A model generated the notes under the pieces. That model made no database searches. It had not been told where the DNA came from and was given only the letters and a program-made list of their open reading frames with translations. From Octopus vulgaris (taxonomy: Eukaryota), in the NCBI GenBank assembly GCA_951406725.2, contig OX597828.1, positions 30,876,001 through 30,940,000 of the forward strand: a stretch of DNA of 64,000 nucleotides, read 5' to 3'. Below are positions 40,373-54,386 of the stretch, piece after piece (the first letter of the stretch is position 1; each line of letters opens with the position of its first letter). Both the position numbers and the translations under genes were made by a program.

Positions 40373-41400
40373 AGATATGTGTGTATATGCCTGTATACCT
40401 CCGTGTGGGTGTATGTATGTATATGTGTATGTGTTTGTATGTATACGTATATATGTGTGTATGTATGTGTATGTATGTATATATATATATATATATATGT
40501 GCGTGTATTGTATGTATATATATATATGTATGTATATATATATATGTATATATATATGGGGATATGTGTGTACATGTATGTGTATGTATGTACGCGTATA
40601 TGTATATGTATGTGTGTATATGTATGGACTTGTTGGGTTCTTATATATTTAGATAGATATGTGTGCGTGCATGTGCGTAGATATGCGTACGTGTATGAGT
40701 ATGTGCATGTATTTATATATATGTATGTATATGTATAGATATATATGGATGTATGTGTATGTAGGTATGTATATGATTAGTGTAAGTATATATATGTATG
40801 TATATGTAGGTATATACGTATCTGTATATGTATGTGTGTGTGTATGTATATGTATATGTATGTATATATATATATATATTTATGTAGATATATGTGTATA
40901 TATATAGTACTGTAGATTTCTGTATGTGTACAGATGTATGTATGTGTGTAGATATGTATTTATTTGTACGTACGTGTACGTATGTGTATATACGTGCATG
41001 TATGTATATATATGTGTGTATATGTAGGTATGCTTTTATGTACACGTGTATGCGTGCATGTGTGCATATATGTATTTATATGCGTGTGGATGCGTATATA
41101 TGCGTATGTATGTTTATATGCACAAATGTCTGTATATAGGCATATGCGTTTATATATGCGGGCAGATGTTCATGTGTGTTTATGTGTACTGAAGTACATT
41201 TATATATGTGGTTTTGTGTGTACATAGTTATGTGTACGTTTATGTGAAAGTGGGTACACTTATGAATGTATGAGCATGAGTACTTGTGTGTGCATATGTA
41301 TGTGTATACATAGAACATGTGCGTATGTGTATGTGTATGTGTGCGTGTGAGTGTGCGTGTGTGTGTGGAGTGTGTGTGTATGTGTGAGTGTTTGTGTTCG
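39325..41400. repeat. ~2.1-kb scrambled (TA)/(TG) low-complexity tract inside the PLE 3' region
   Basis: Directly visible, with G/T bias on the plus strand; source of many artefactual Y/I/C/V/M ORFs. Confidence 0.95.
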
Positions 41401-41925
41401 TATCCGTGGGAAGAGAGATAGAAAGGAAGGGAGATGGGCAATAAACGGTTTTCTTTTAGGCCGGCTTACTCCCTCGGGAGGGTCTACCTCAGCCGCCACT
41501 AAATGTTTGTCGGCGGGTGGGTAGGTCGAGGTCAAAATAAAAATAAAAATAAAGATAAAATAAGGGAGGAAAAATGTGTGTGTATATGTGTGCATGTATA
41601 CACATATGTATATATATATGTGTGTGTGTATGTGTAGGTATATATATGAGTGTGTGTGTGTGTGTATGGGTGTGTATATTCTTTTTTATATATATGTGTG
41701 TAGATATGTGTGTGCGTGTGCTTGCATATACTCTTATTTACCTAAAACTCTATTCAATTATTCTATTATTCTATTTATTCATTTATCTACTTTATCACTG
41801 ATTCTTTTGACCACTCCCCTAAGAAAGACAGTTTGCGCCATGCCTACCCCCAAAAATGTCCCCCACCACCACCACCCCTTTAAATCTGCCTAAATGTATA
41901 AATACCAAAACTATTCTTGACACAA

Positions 41926-41976
41926 AGCTTCCTGATGATTTCTTTTGAATGAAACAGTTCTAGTCCTGTAGAAGCT
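41926..41976 (+). ncRNA. Type I hammerhead ribozyme (right arm)
   Basis: Stem I AGCTTC/GAAGCT, CTGATGA, stem II (T)TTC-TTTT-GAA(T), GAAA, stem III CAG/CTG, GUA triplet with predicted cleavage after 41970. Confidence 0.85.
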
Positions 41977-42961
41977 CCTTCTATAAAATAAAAAAAATAA
42001 TATATATATATAGATGGAGGCATCAGTTGACAATGAAATATGTCCATTTGTTCTACAAACCTGAAAATGAATTTCAGCATGCTACTGGGATTTAAGGTTC
42101 AGGGTCTTCATACCGCAATCATGTACCTGAAATCATTTCATTCACCAGAAGTGGATGACTTAACCATGGAAGTCTATAAATACGGCAAAAACAATTTGAA
42201 CTCTATAATCTGTAAAAGGATTTTGATATGCACAACTTGCCTGCACCTTAGAACTTTAAAGATGTTTTCACAAACGTGTGGAAATAAATACATCAGCTGT
42301 GCTACCCAACGCAGTATTTTCTTTCTTTTATTGACGGCAGAAATTTTACAATATTTCTTTCCAATTCTAAACGAATAATGGAAGCTGTGATTTTAGTTAC
42401 TGAGTGATCAGAATTTATCGAATTACAAACAATTTTATTTCATAGCCCGTGTCGCTCGCTCAAAAATTTTCAGTTTTGCCTGTCAACGAGATGAAAGGGC
42501 AGAAATATAAAATCATATTTATATATATATTTTTTATTATTGACGGAGATTTCCTGATTGGGGATTTAAAATGAATATAATATATATATCCTTCGGAAAA
42601 ATAGGGTACAGTAGGAAAATATGAAAATTTGCGTTAAACAGCTATAAAAGATTTTTAAATTTCAAGGTAGACAAAATCGCCAAGTATTTAAGTGGTTTTC
42701 ACCGCATGCCTCAAATTCAACAGGTTAATTAAAACACACACACACACACACACATACACATACACACACACACATACATACATATATATATATATATAAT
42801 TATTGAAATGGATAAATGAATTATCTTTTTACGGATTATTCAAATGATAACCGATACCTGGGTCGCAAAAATCACAACAGAAAAATCACAGTTGAGGTTA
42901 CGACCATGGGGTCTCAAACCCGAGCCTTAGTGCGGAAATTTGAAGTTTTATATATTTAGTG

Positions 42962-43054
<93 letters not shown>

Positions 43055-44588
43055 AGAGGGAGACACAGAGATAGAGGGGAGAGAGAAGGACAGAGAGAGA
43101 GAGTCAGCACCGATATGAAAACCAAAACTGCCGCCGGAATGCAGTTACCCTGTAACCGACGAATAGTCTGTTTACTAACCGCCATAGGCATAAAGGGAAA
43201 TTGCACGAAAGTAGTTCATTTGAAAGTAGTTCATTGTAATGATTGTTTTGCATTACTTTCATAGAATAAACTGTTATGTTATTTATGAATTATGCATGCA
43301 TTTTACTCTCTTTGTTTTTTTCTAGGCTTTTGTGCCTTCAAATAAATGGCATGAAGCGGACAGTTTCTTTCTCTGTTAAAGAGAATATACATGTGTAATT
43401 TCACCTTGCTTAAATTACTCCGAACGTAATTGAAGAAAGACGGGGCGAAAATCATTTGCAAGTGAGAAATTAAACACTTCGAACCCTAATTAGTCAATTT
43501 CCATTGGTTAGAAAGTTCGCATGCACTCGCCAATCGTGCTTGCATGTAGACATTTTATACTGGAAATATTTATGTTTGTAGAGTTGATATTTCGTATAGT
43601 GCACGTTACATTTCCATTTAACCCTAAAACTAAATTATTTCCGCGAATATAAATTCGACGGCAGGAGCGATGAACAAGTAGTGATATATAATCAGTTGGG
43701 TTTCACATTTAGAATGCCAAATGTTGTTATGAAAATCGGAAGAAACAAGAGCAATTTGTATCACTCTAAGTGCATTTAGATGATCGATTTGCGAGGTTAT
43801 GGGGTAAAAATCACGGTATAACAAATGCTCTTTGATACAGTATTTTGTACACATGAATAACATTGCAGTGATTAATGTGTATATTATAGTATAAAGTACT
43901 ATATCTATTTAAATTGAACGATAGCATAAATTACTAGTAGTACCGCTAAGAAGTAGTAGATGAAGTCGCATGGAAGAAAGGTGACTAAACTATTGAACCA
44001 CTGATTATAACGTGTGAAGCTCAAACAGTAATGAATAAATGTTTATCGAAGCGTTGCTATAAACCATTCATAAAAGAAGGCCTAGATGATGATCAAATAT
44101 ATTACAACTGTCCAGAACCTAATAACTACCAGAATGTATATTATGTGTCCAAAGCAATACAATGTACTTGTGTCAAACATTAATCAATATAAATTATGTA
44201 AAACGAATATCTACTGATTATACACAAGGGCAAGTGTTGTTATATCATAATCTTGGTATTAGTGGATTTCTTTAACTTTAATACCAATAAAATATTTCTT
44301 AAATTACACAAACATTGCTTTGCAACTATATCTTTGTACGTTAAGTTTCAGTTCACTGCATCTTCTGGAAGCGACTGCAATGAATTGATCTGCTTTGGAA
44401 ATCGTTTCTCCGCGTCATGCAAGGACTTGTGATTGAATATGTTATAAGGAAACTTCAAGAAACTCTATTATTTATGTAGGTGTATGTATATGTCTATATG
44501 TATGTATGCATGCGTGTATGTATGTATGTGTGTAGGTATTACGTATCTATGTATGTAGGTAGTTATTTTGTATATATGTATGTATGTA

Positions 44589-44902
44589 TTCAGAGTGGAT
44601 TCAAAAAGGTTAGGGTGCTGTGCTATTGCCATGATCTTTTCTTCATGGCAGTTAAAACAAAAGTGCGTGGGACAGAAAATAGGACTTTATCAGGTATTCA
44701 TTGATCTTTCTAAAGCTTTTGACTTTCAGTCGAACTGCCTTGTGGGTGATCTTGAGGAGACTTGGGTTCCCGGTAAAGGTTCTCACTTTTCTGAAGCAGT
44801 TTCATGATGGTATAGGGTAAGACAATGTGACGAACTAGCACCCACTCTCTTCTCCCTGTATTTTACTATAGCTTTTTCAGTTGGTTTACAAAGGTTCCTG
44901 TG

Positions 44903-44938
<36 letters not shown>

Positions 44939-45940
44939 ATATCGCACAACAGGTAAAATCTTTAACATCAACGGACTAAGTCAAGGACGTCCTCAACTCT
45001 TATTAGAGACCTCTTCTATGCAGATGATTGTGATATTGTCACTCATACTGAGGAGGACTTGACAGATCTTATGAATAGCTTGTGAGGCACTTGGCTTAAG
45101 CATAAATCTAACCAAAACTATTGTCATGTTTCAGCCAGCACCAGGAATGCCACACATAGAACCTTGTTTCTTCGTGTATGGAAGAAAACTTGTGGTTTCT
45201 AAGTTTGTTTACTTCGTGAGCGCACTAAACACGTCAGCGAATCTTGATGATGAAGTGTCACTACGCATTCAGTAAGTCAGTTTTACTTTTGCAAACTGGA
45301 AGACCGCCTATGATCTAGACACGGTACTTCCACTGCGATAGATATTAAGGTATACAATACATGTATCTTAACCTCTTTATTGCGTGATTGCGAAACCTGA
45401 ACTATGTATCGTAAGCACTTACAACTTATGGAAAGTTTTCATCAAAAATGTCTCAGAAGGATTTTGAGGATCGACTGAAAAATGTTTGTGAGTGACGAAA
45501 TAGGAAAATCCTTCAGTATTGAAGCTTTGCTATTGCAGTACAGATTGAGATGGAGTGGACACTGAGAATGACAGACAACAGAATGCATGAACAACTTTTT
45601 TTTACAAAGAATTGGTGACAGGTAGGCGTCCGTCCCACAAACCAGCGATAAGGTACAAAGATTGTCTGAAGCCGGGACTGAATAAGATAAATGTTCCAAT
45701 TGACCGCTGGGAAGATTTAGCGCATTGCCGAGAATAATGGAAAAAAGTTGTGTAAGAAGACAAAAAATTAATTTGAAAGGTAGAGAATGGAGCGTGCAAA
45801 GGTCAAAAGGCAGTTGAGAAAAGGTGACAGGAATGGTGTTATAAAAAGCATTAATAAAAGTGAGGGTCTTACATAAAATGAATGGCAAAAGATTTGTCTT
45901 AGTAAGTCTGGGCTTAAGAGCCGTATGAAATCGCACGTTG
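44589..45940 (+). pseudogene. RTE-clade LINE reverse transcriptase relic
   Basis: QSGF...MIFS..QL.QKC...VFIDLSKAFD...LAPTLFSLYF...LFYADDC...GLSINLTKT...FHQKCLRRILRI...QYRLRWSGH, with stops, frameshifts and an internal deletion. Confidence 0.9.
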
Positions 45941-46083
45941 ATTATAGATGGACAAATGATATCGAGTGCATACTCTGTGATAAAGTTTCGTAAGATTGTT
46001 GAAGTAAACACTAGCTCGTCGAAGTAAAGACGACCGACTACTAGATGTGTTGAATGCGTTTTTCTTTCGTGTTCTCGCCACCC

Positions 46084-46126
<43 letters not shown>

Positions 46127-46155
46127 AATAAGGATATATATATATATATGTATAG

Positions 46156-46555
46156 TCTTTTACTTGTTTCAGTCATTTGGCAGCGGCCATACTGGATCAC
46201 CGCCTTCAGTCGAGCAAATACGCCCAGGACTTATTTTTGTAAGCTTAGTACTTATAATATCGTTCTCTTTTGAGATCTGCTAAGTTACGGGGACATACCC
46301 ATACCAGCATCGGTTGTCAAGTGACGTTGGGGATAATCACAGACACACAAACATATACATATATATATATATAAAATACACATACATACATATATATATA
46401 CATACATGTATAAGACGGGCTTCTTTCATTTTCCGGCTACCAAATCCATTCACAAGGCTTTGATCAGCCCGTGGCCATAGTAAACACACTTGCCCAAGGT
46501 GCCACGCAGTGGGACTGAACCCAGAACCATGTGGCTTGTAACTTACCACACATCC
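46156..46555 (-). mobile_element. SINE family 2
   Basis: Reverse complement aligns with 30863-31268. Confidence 0.85.
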
Positions 46556-46584
46556 GCATATATATATATATTATATATATATAC

Positions 46585-46677
46585 CCAGGAAAAAAGCAAC
46601 AAGAATGGATTAGTAGTTTAGTACAATCTACTATTGTACTAAACTACTAATCCATTCTTGTTGCCTTTTTTCCTTGG
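46585..46677. repeat. Perfect 32-bp inverted repeat with 5-nt loop (extends imperfectly to ~43 bp)
   Basis: GCAACAAGAATGGATTAGTAGTTTAGTACAAT (46596-46627) CTACT ATTGTACTAAACTACTAATCCATTCTTGTTGC (46633-46664). Confidence 0.95.
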
Positions 46678-46795
46678 TTATAATCACCCCACATTATTTT
46701 ATGGTTAATACCATAAAGAATTCTGGTGCATCTAAGTTAAGTACCATATTCAATTGACTTCATTGGAATTCATTTGAATCTTAATTATTTTGCTG

Positions 46796-46857
<62 letters not shown>

Positions 46858-46870
46858 TATGTGTGTGTAG

Positions 46871-46926
<56 letters not shown>

Positions 46927-47055
46927 ATGCATATACATGTATATAATGTACATATATGTGTACATATATAGAAATATATATATATATGTGTGTGCGTGTG
47001 TGAGTGTGTGTGTATGTATGTGCACAGGGATTTGTTTGACGGTATTATAAATTAA

Positions 47056-47303
47056 GGCGGTGACCTGGCAGAGGCGGTGAGCTGGCAGAGACGTTAGCAG
47101 TCCGGGCGAAATGCTTACCGGTATTTCCTCTGCCATTACGTTTTGAGTTCAAATTCCGCCGAGGTCGACTTTGCCTTTCATCCTTTCGGGGTCGATAAAT
47201 TGAGTACTAGTTACGCACTGGGGTCGATGTAATCGACTTAATACCTATGTCTGTCCTTGTTTGTCCCCTCTATGTTTAGCCCCTTGTGGGTAATAAAGAA
47301 ATA
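47056..47303 (+). mobile_element. SINE family 1 monomer with tail A, duplicated 5' head and 13-bp TSD
   Basis: GGTATTATAAATT at 47041-47053 and 47304-47316; head GGCGGTGA(C/G)CTGGCAGA occurs twice in tandem. Confidence 0.9.
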
Positions 47304-48169
47304 GGTATTATAAATTGATTTAGGAATAACATCGTGTCGCATAGGGAGGTAGTACCATGACGATATTTTTAGGACAGCTTCTCATTACATGCACGATGTC
47401 TTCTACATAAACACCACATAGCTTACACATGCGATTACATCTTGAGAGTAGAAGACCGTTACTTTCTCTCTTGTTCACAAACTACTTGATCAAGTATCAC
47501 ATAATCACTTGCACAATCTTACATTTAAGTCTTATAAGGCTTATACTCCACCTCATTGACACTCTCCTTCCTAGTGACATGACTGAAAGACAAGCAGGTC
47601 AAAATGCCTATTACTAATATGGACCGCTTTTTCGGGAATGTGGGATCGGCAACATCTCAAGCTCAAACATATTGTCCCCAAAATGTTCAATACCATTCCC
47701 TGAATATCTAGTTTTATATCCGATTAACCTTCCCCTAGAGACATTCTCGAATAGATGCAAAAGGATGCCCCACTTCCAACGGTTTCCCAGCACTCCGAAG
47801 AAGAACTGGAATTTCTAAGGACCTACAGTAAATGTATCGGCCTGCTGGGTTGCTACGATTTAGTCGCCGATGGCTCAATCATGCAACAGGTTCCATGTGA
47901 CCATTAGCATTCATGTGAAATCTCACAAATCACCAGTTGCTAGAATGAGTGGTGTTTGCGTTCATGAGGAAAACACTTCATCTCGCATTGCTGTACGATC
48001 ACTATGACACTTGATGTCTGGCACACTGTACACCTGTGCGGCACCGTCAATTTCATGGATAGAATTAGCTAATATACAGTTCAGTTACATAAAGTTCAGT
48101 TAGAGGTTGGATAAGCCTCATTAAATGATAGTGATATCCAATGCATTAGTAGCTGATTACCTAATATTT

Positions 48170-48976
<807 letters not shown>

Positions 48977-49261
48977 TATATACACACATATGTATATGTA
49001 TATATATATTCATAAATATATATTTGTATATATATATATATATTATATATATATATATATGAATATTTATACATATATACATACATATATATATGTGCGT
49101 ACGTGTGTGCGTGGTTGTGGGTGTAATTTATCAATCCGTTAATGTGCGTGCAGTAAAAAAATCTCCAAATCAGTGCACGATATATATCACTTAATGGACA
49201 CAGTATTTAGAAAGTTAACAGGAAATTATTAGGTTTTATCTTTAACGCTGTATACGTTAAT

Positions 49262-49374
<113 letters not shown>

Positions 49375-49512
49375 CGGAGATGTACTCGCATAGCAAGTAA
49401 TTTGATCTGAGATCGTGTGCTGAAACGAAAACAATTGCAGCGTGGAAGGTGTTTATAAGCCATTTAAGAAACACACAAAAGCCGTTCGATTCACTCCAAC
49501 ATTTAAGTTTAA

Positions 49513-49561
49513 TTTGTCAAAATATTTCGTCGCTAAAATCCGCGACCTGTTCACTGACAAA
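49513..49561 (-). ncRNA. Minimal type I hammerhead-like motif with G3:C8 core variant
   Basis: Minus strand: TTTGTCA GTGAACA G GTCGC-GGATTTTA-GCGAC GAAA TAT TT TGACAAA; 7-bp stem I and 5-bp stem II; lies in a ~200-bp insert abutting (TA)n at ~49370. Confidence 0.65.
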
Positions 49562-49851
49562 GTCCGTGCTGCATCTAAGAAAGTAACAGTTAGTTCGTCA
49601 TATATATGTACGTATGTATGTGTGTATGTATGCATACATGTGTGTATGTATATATAATACAATATCGCGCGCTATTACTCTGAGCAGACGTCATCATATG
49701 TCTTCCTCTGCCGTTAACATTTAAAGGGCGGTGAAACGCAGCACCATTGTGCTACTACGGTGGGGCTAAGTAATTCGACTGCCCTGCTAATACTATATAT
49801 GTATCTCTCTACTCATATATTTCTCTCTCTCTCTCTTACTCACACTGTGTT

Positions 49852-49885
<34 letters not shown>

Positions 49886-52800
49886 TGTGTGTGTTGTGTG
49901 AGTGCGTGTGTATGATATGTATTTATACACACAGAGATGCGCCCCATGCACATATGTATATTTATATATCTATCTTTACAAAGATATGAGACACTAAATG
50001 TTACGACTCACATATTGGAGCTAAATTTCCACGGTCTTAAAACATAGAAAGTCGCTTAACCTGATGTAGTTTTATATAAGTCTAAAATAAGACACCAGCA
50101 TGACCGGAATTTCTTCATTGCTATTGCTGCTTGATTAATTTTTATGTTATAGTAAATAACCTGAAGAATAATATGAACAACTAAAATGTTTCATTCCATG
50201 CTTAGAAGCATAAATCTTGACGTGTTTGTCAATAAATTCTAATCAGCTTTTCTTTAAGTGACACCTTTTTTCTTTGCTTTAACTATATTTGTCAGTCTTG
50301 TCTTCCATACCTCTCTCGCTACCAATTTATACATTACTTTCTCATATTACTTACACATCAGTTAATATAGTCTTAACAACCGAAGTGTGATGTAACAATA
50401 TATTATCCTCGAACGTTTACATAATAAATGACTTTAGCTATGCCTCATTTACTTGGTAAGCCCGATGAATGATCCGTCAGTGAGAATCTATTATATTTCT
50501 CACACACTTATGTACCAGTTTATACATAGGATGATTAAAGACTCATATTTATGGCTGCTACAGCATTACATTTACTGTATACATGCAGCTATATTTTATT
50601 ATTTTGCTTCGATTATCAATTCTATAACATGCAATCTATTTGTTTTTGACAGAATATTAACACAGTGAAAAGACTACTTATTTACGCATATTAGATGGTA
50701 TTCTGTTTCTGACATCCTATTACTTTAGATGAATGGTTAATTTAGAATCCATAACTACGATATGAGTTTTAGAACGCTACTGTTTGTCCATTGTAAAGAA
50801 AAGAGCATTTTATTGCTTAGTGTCAGTGAGGTAGATAGTTATTCATTGACACATTGTCATGATCGTGTACCCGTATAAAGTATTACTCATTTTCTAGTGG
50901 GTATATTTACATTTAATGCAGTAAAACCTCAGCATGTTGTGTGACACATTCGTCGGCCGTGAGTCTGTGCGACTTCTAAATCTATCACGTTTTTCTCCAT
51001 TGCCGGTTAACAGTTATATATTCATTAAAACCAAAACTAGCTTCCCATTGCCATTATCAAAATTATTACACATTGAATAATATCTTCTCAGTATCTAATG
51101 TATATTCAAATTATCTGTTAGCATTCATCCATGCATTTCAAAGTAGAGTTACAGACTCATAAATATGTTACAAATGAAGTCCAGTAGGAGAACAGACAAA
51201 TTGTTCTACACTGAATACATAACGAAGCAAGATTGTTAATTATTCCGCCATTAATGTTTTCACTTCTTTCACCATGAAGTCAATTATATTTGTTCTTTTT
51301 TTATTCTTTCCTTTCATTGATAAAAGATGATATTTTTGAAACCATAACTCGTATTCACTATTTTGTAAAAACAAGTAAAGAATCGTAGCTCATTAAATGC
51401 ATCATTAGGCATACTTAATATGAATGAATAAATCACGGCTTAAGAAGTGTATTGGAGACGCCTATGTCTTACATTTGAATGCAATATTAACTCGAAACAT
51501 AAAAATTGTAGGTATATTCCCAGATATATTCCAACTAATTGGAAACAAAAATATACATTTCAGCTGTATTAAAATGTAAATAGAATCTATCCGTAATAGA
51601 TATATATAAATTTTTTTTTTAATACGTTGCAAATATTTGATAACATAGCTATTAAAAATTGGTTCAAGTTGTTAAGTCGTCAGTTTCGATATTACTTGCT
51701 ATTGAACTTAACTATGGTATGTGGTGACCAGCTAGCGTGTTTTAGCTTAACTATATAGTCACTCGTAAACTCATTTTATATATGTATATGTGTGGGTGTC
51801 ACCCTGAGTATGTACGTTCGTGTTTTATTTTTCCCGCGTCATTCAAAATTATATATATATATGTATGTGTGTGTGTGTTTGTGTGTGTGTGTATATATGC
51901 ATATGACTATATATTTCTGTATAGATATTTGTGTCTGTGTACCAATATGCATTTGCAGTGGTCAATAAGTATACTGTGTGGTCGAGTGTCGTATAAAAGG
52001 GGTGAAGTGTATTTTTTTTCTACACATTGTGTACAAAATTTCTTTGTACATATAATTCTGTGTCTGTGTCACCAAATTTTGACCTGCGGATATGTACATA
52101 AATGAATTTAATATCGATACATATTCATGCATATATATTTGTTACGTTGAGTATTTCGAATAAGCACTGATAAATTAGCACAGAACCTAGCATTCTTAAT
52201 ACTACTTGCAGTTGTCAATAATGACCATCTTGATTCAACAAGAGATGTTAATACAGGTACATCAATGAATGCCAATGACAGTAACATCCGTTTTCCTCGT
52301 ATATGCCGCTAATACAAACCCATAAAAGTCTTGAGACATCCACGTACGGTACCTTATGTTTGTCCAGGAAAATATTTGGTATAACATTTCAGTGTATACT
52401 TCGTTTCATACACTCTGATTGCTAGAAATCTATAGACACTATTTTGATCAATTATATATGTTATTACATATGCCACAATCCGCTTAATATGCTATTACCT
52501 ATTTTTAGCCTGGTAATTATCTGATCTCTTTGCTTCCATTTAAACTAGCAAATATATATGGGAAACTTATCTTGTAGCCCTACACAACGGAATCCATTTA
52601 CGAAGTGGGATCATCAGTTGAATCGTTATTTACCAGTCAAATACCATCTTGAAAATGTGTTTCTCAATGGGCCACGTGCCTAAACCATGTAATCTTCTAT
52701 AGATTAGTTGCAATATATTTACTTAAATTTAATCCATTGTATATGCCTATAATAATCTTTCTGAAACTATCCACAATGAAGCTCTGTTAAATTGTGTCAA

Positions 52801-53250
52801 AATATTCCAAACTAGCATCTCAAACACGTATTTGCATGTAGCGGTATGTGTGTCAGTGATGAGAATATATGTGTGTTTGTGGTGTTTGTGCATATGTGCG
52901 TGTATATGTGTGTAGACAAACATACTTATAAATTACCTTCATAACGAAGTAATAAAAAGATCATGATTATACGAAGTTATATTATAGCAATCAATGTTCC
53001 TTAACATAAGGGCTGTAAATTAACACACTTATCGCATTTAAAGTACATTAAAAGGAATCTCTCCTATATTTTACTGCCTTAAAATATGTTCCTTTGCTAG
53101 AGTTCTTTAAGAAAAAAAAGCACGGGGTTTCATATATGCGTTTGAATATATATTCATCCATAAGCATACACACATTCACACACACATATTCATATATACA
53201 TTCTTTCACACATATATTCGTGAGTATATATGTTTATCTGAGTATATGTA

Positions 53251-53402
<152 letters not shown>

Positions 53403-53869
53403 TTATATATATATATAAGAGAGAGAGCGGGGGATAGATAGATATACGAAATGTTTATATTTTTAAAAGGGAAGTCAATTACATATCACGCGATAAAGGT
53501 TTCTAAATATGCTAATCTAAGAAACATGAATTAATATGATTTGTTTTTTTTAATAAAATCTCTTAATTTCAAAATGTTGCCTAACTTCAGAAGTTGATCA
53601 CATCAAACGCTACATATAATAACAGTGATTATCGATTCAATGTTTTCTTAATCTACGATATCCCAACAATATTATTAAATAAGAATTAATGATGTGACGA
53701 ATAATATATTCTTCAAATATATGGAGTGATCTTTTTACTACAAAACTTTAAAAAAAATGTTCAAATTAACTTTCATGAAAGCTTGAATTACACAACATCA
53801 ATCACGTGAAATGAAATGTCAGAATCACCCAACCCAGAGACATGTCAATACATATATACTCATTAATTC

Positions 53870-54235
53870 GTTTACATGTTTCAGTGAGTTAACTGCGGCC
53901 TTGCTGGAACACCACCTCGCAAAAATCTACTCCAGAGTCGACTTTCTAAATCCTAGTACTTAATTTATCGGTCCCATGGAAAGTTTCGCTAAGTTACGAG
54001 GTCGTTAACACGCAAACACCGGTTATCAAGTGGTGATGTGGAGACACACACTCGCACACAGACGCACATACTTATACACATATGTATATACAACGGGCTT
54101 CTTCCAGTTTCCGTCTACCAAATACATTGTCGGTCGGATAATATAGTAGAAGACACTTGCTCAAGGTCTCACCCTGTGGATTTGAACCCGGAATCATATT
54201 GTTGGGAAGCAAGCTTCTAACCACACCCCCATGCC
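53870..54235 (-). mobile_element. SINE family 2, diverged
   Basis: TGTTTCAGT...GCGGCCTTGCTGGA...TTTCCGTCTACCAAAT...GAAGACACTTG...AAGCAAGCTTCTAACCACAC. Confidence 0.8.
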
Positions 54236-54331
54236 TCCACATATTATATGTACATATATACATACATGCATATATATATCTATGTCTATATATATACACA
54301 TACACATAATATATGCACAGAGAGAGATAAG

Positions 54332-54386
<55 letters not shown>

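Larger units (their letters stand above)
38307..41992 (+). mobile_element. 5'-truncated Naiad-like Penelope element with inverted pseudo-LTR
   Basis: ~285-bp near-identical inverted arms (38375-38660 / 41695-41992), an HHR in each arm, GIY-YIG ORF inside, (TA)n on both flanks. Confidence 0.9.

Noticed and set aside
41459-41533. HDV-like ribozyme or SECIS
   Set aside because: It starts GGCCGGC like HDV P1, but has a G.G first pair, an oversize L3 and no C-R-A-A J4/2; there is no AUGA/GA quartet for a SECIS. Kept only as an unassigned structure.
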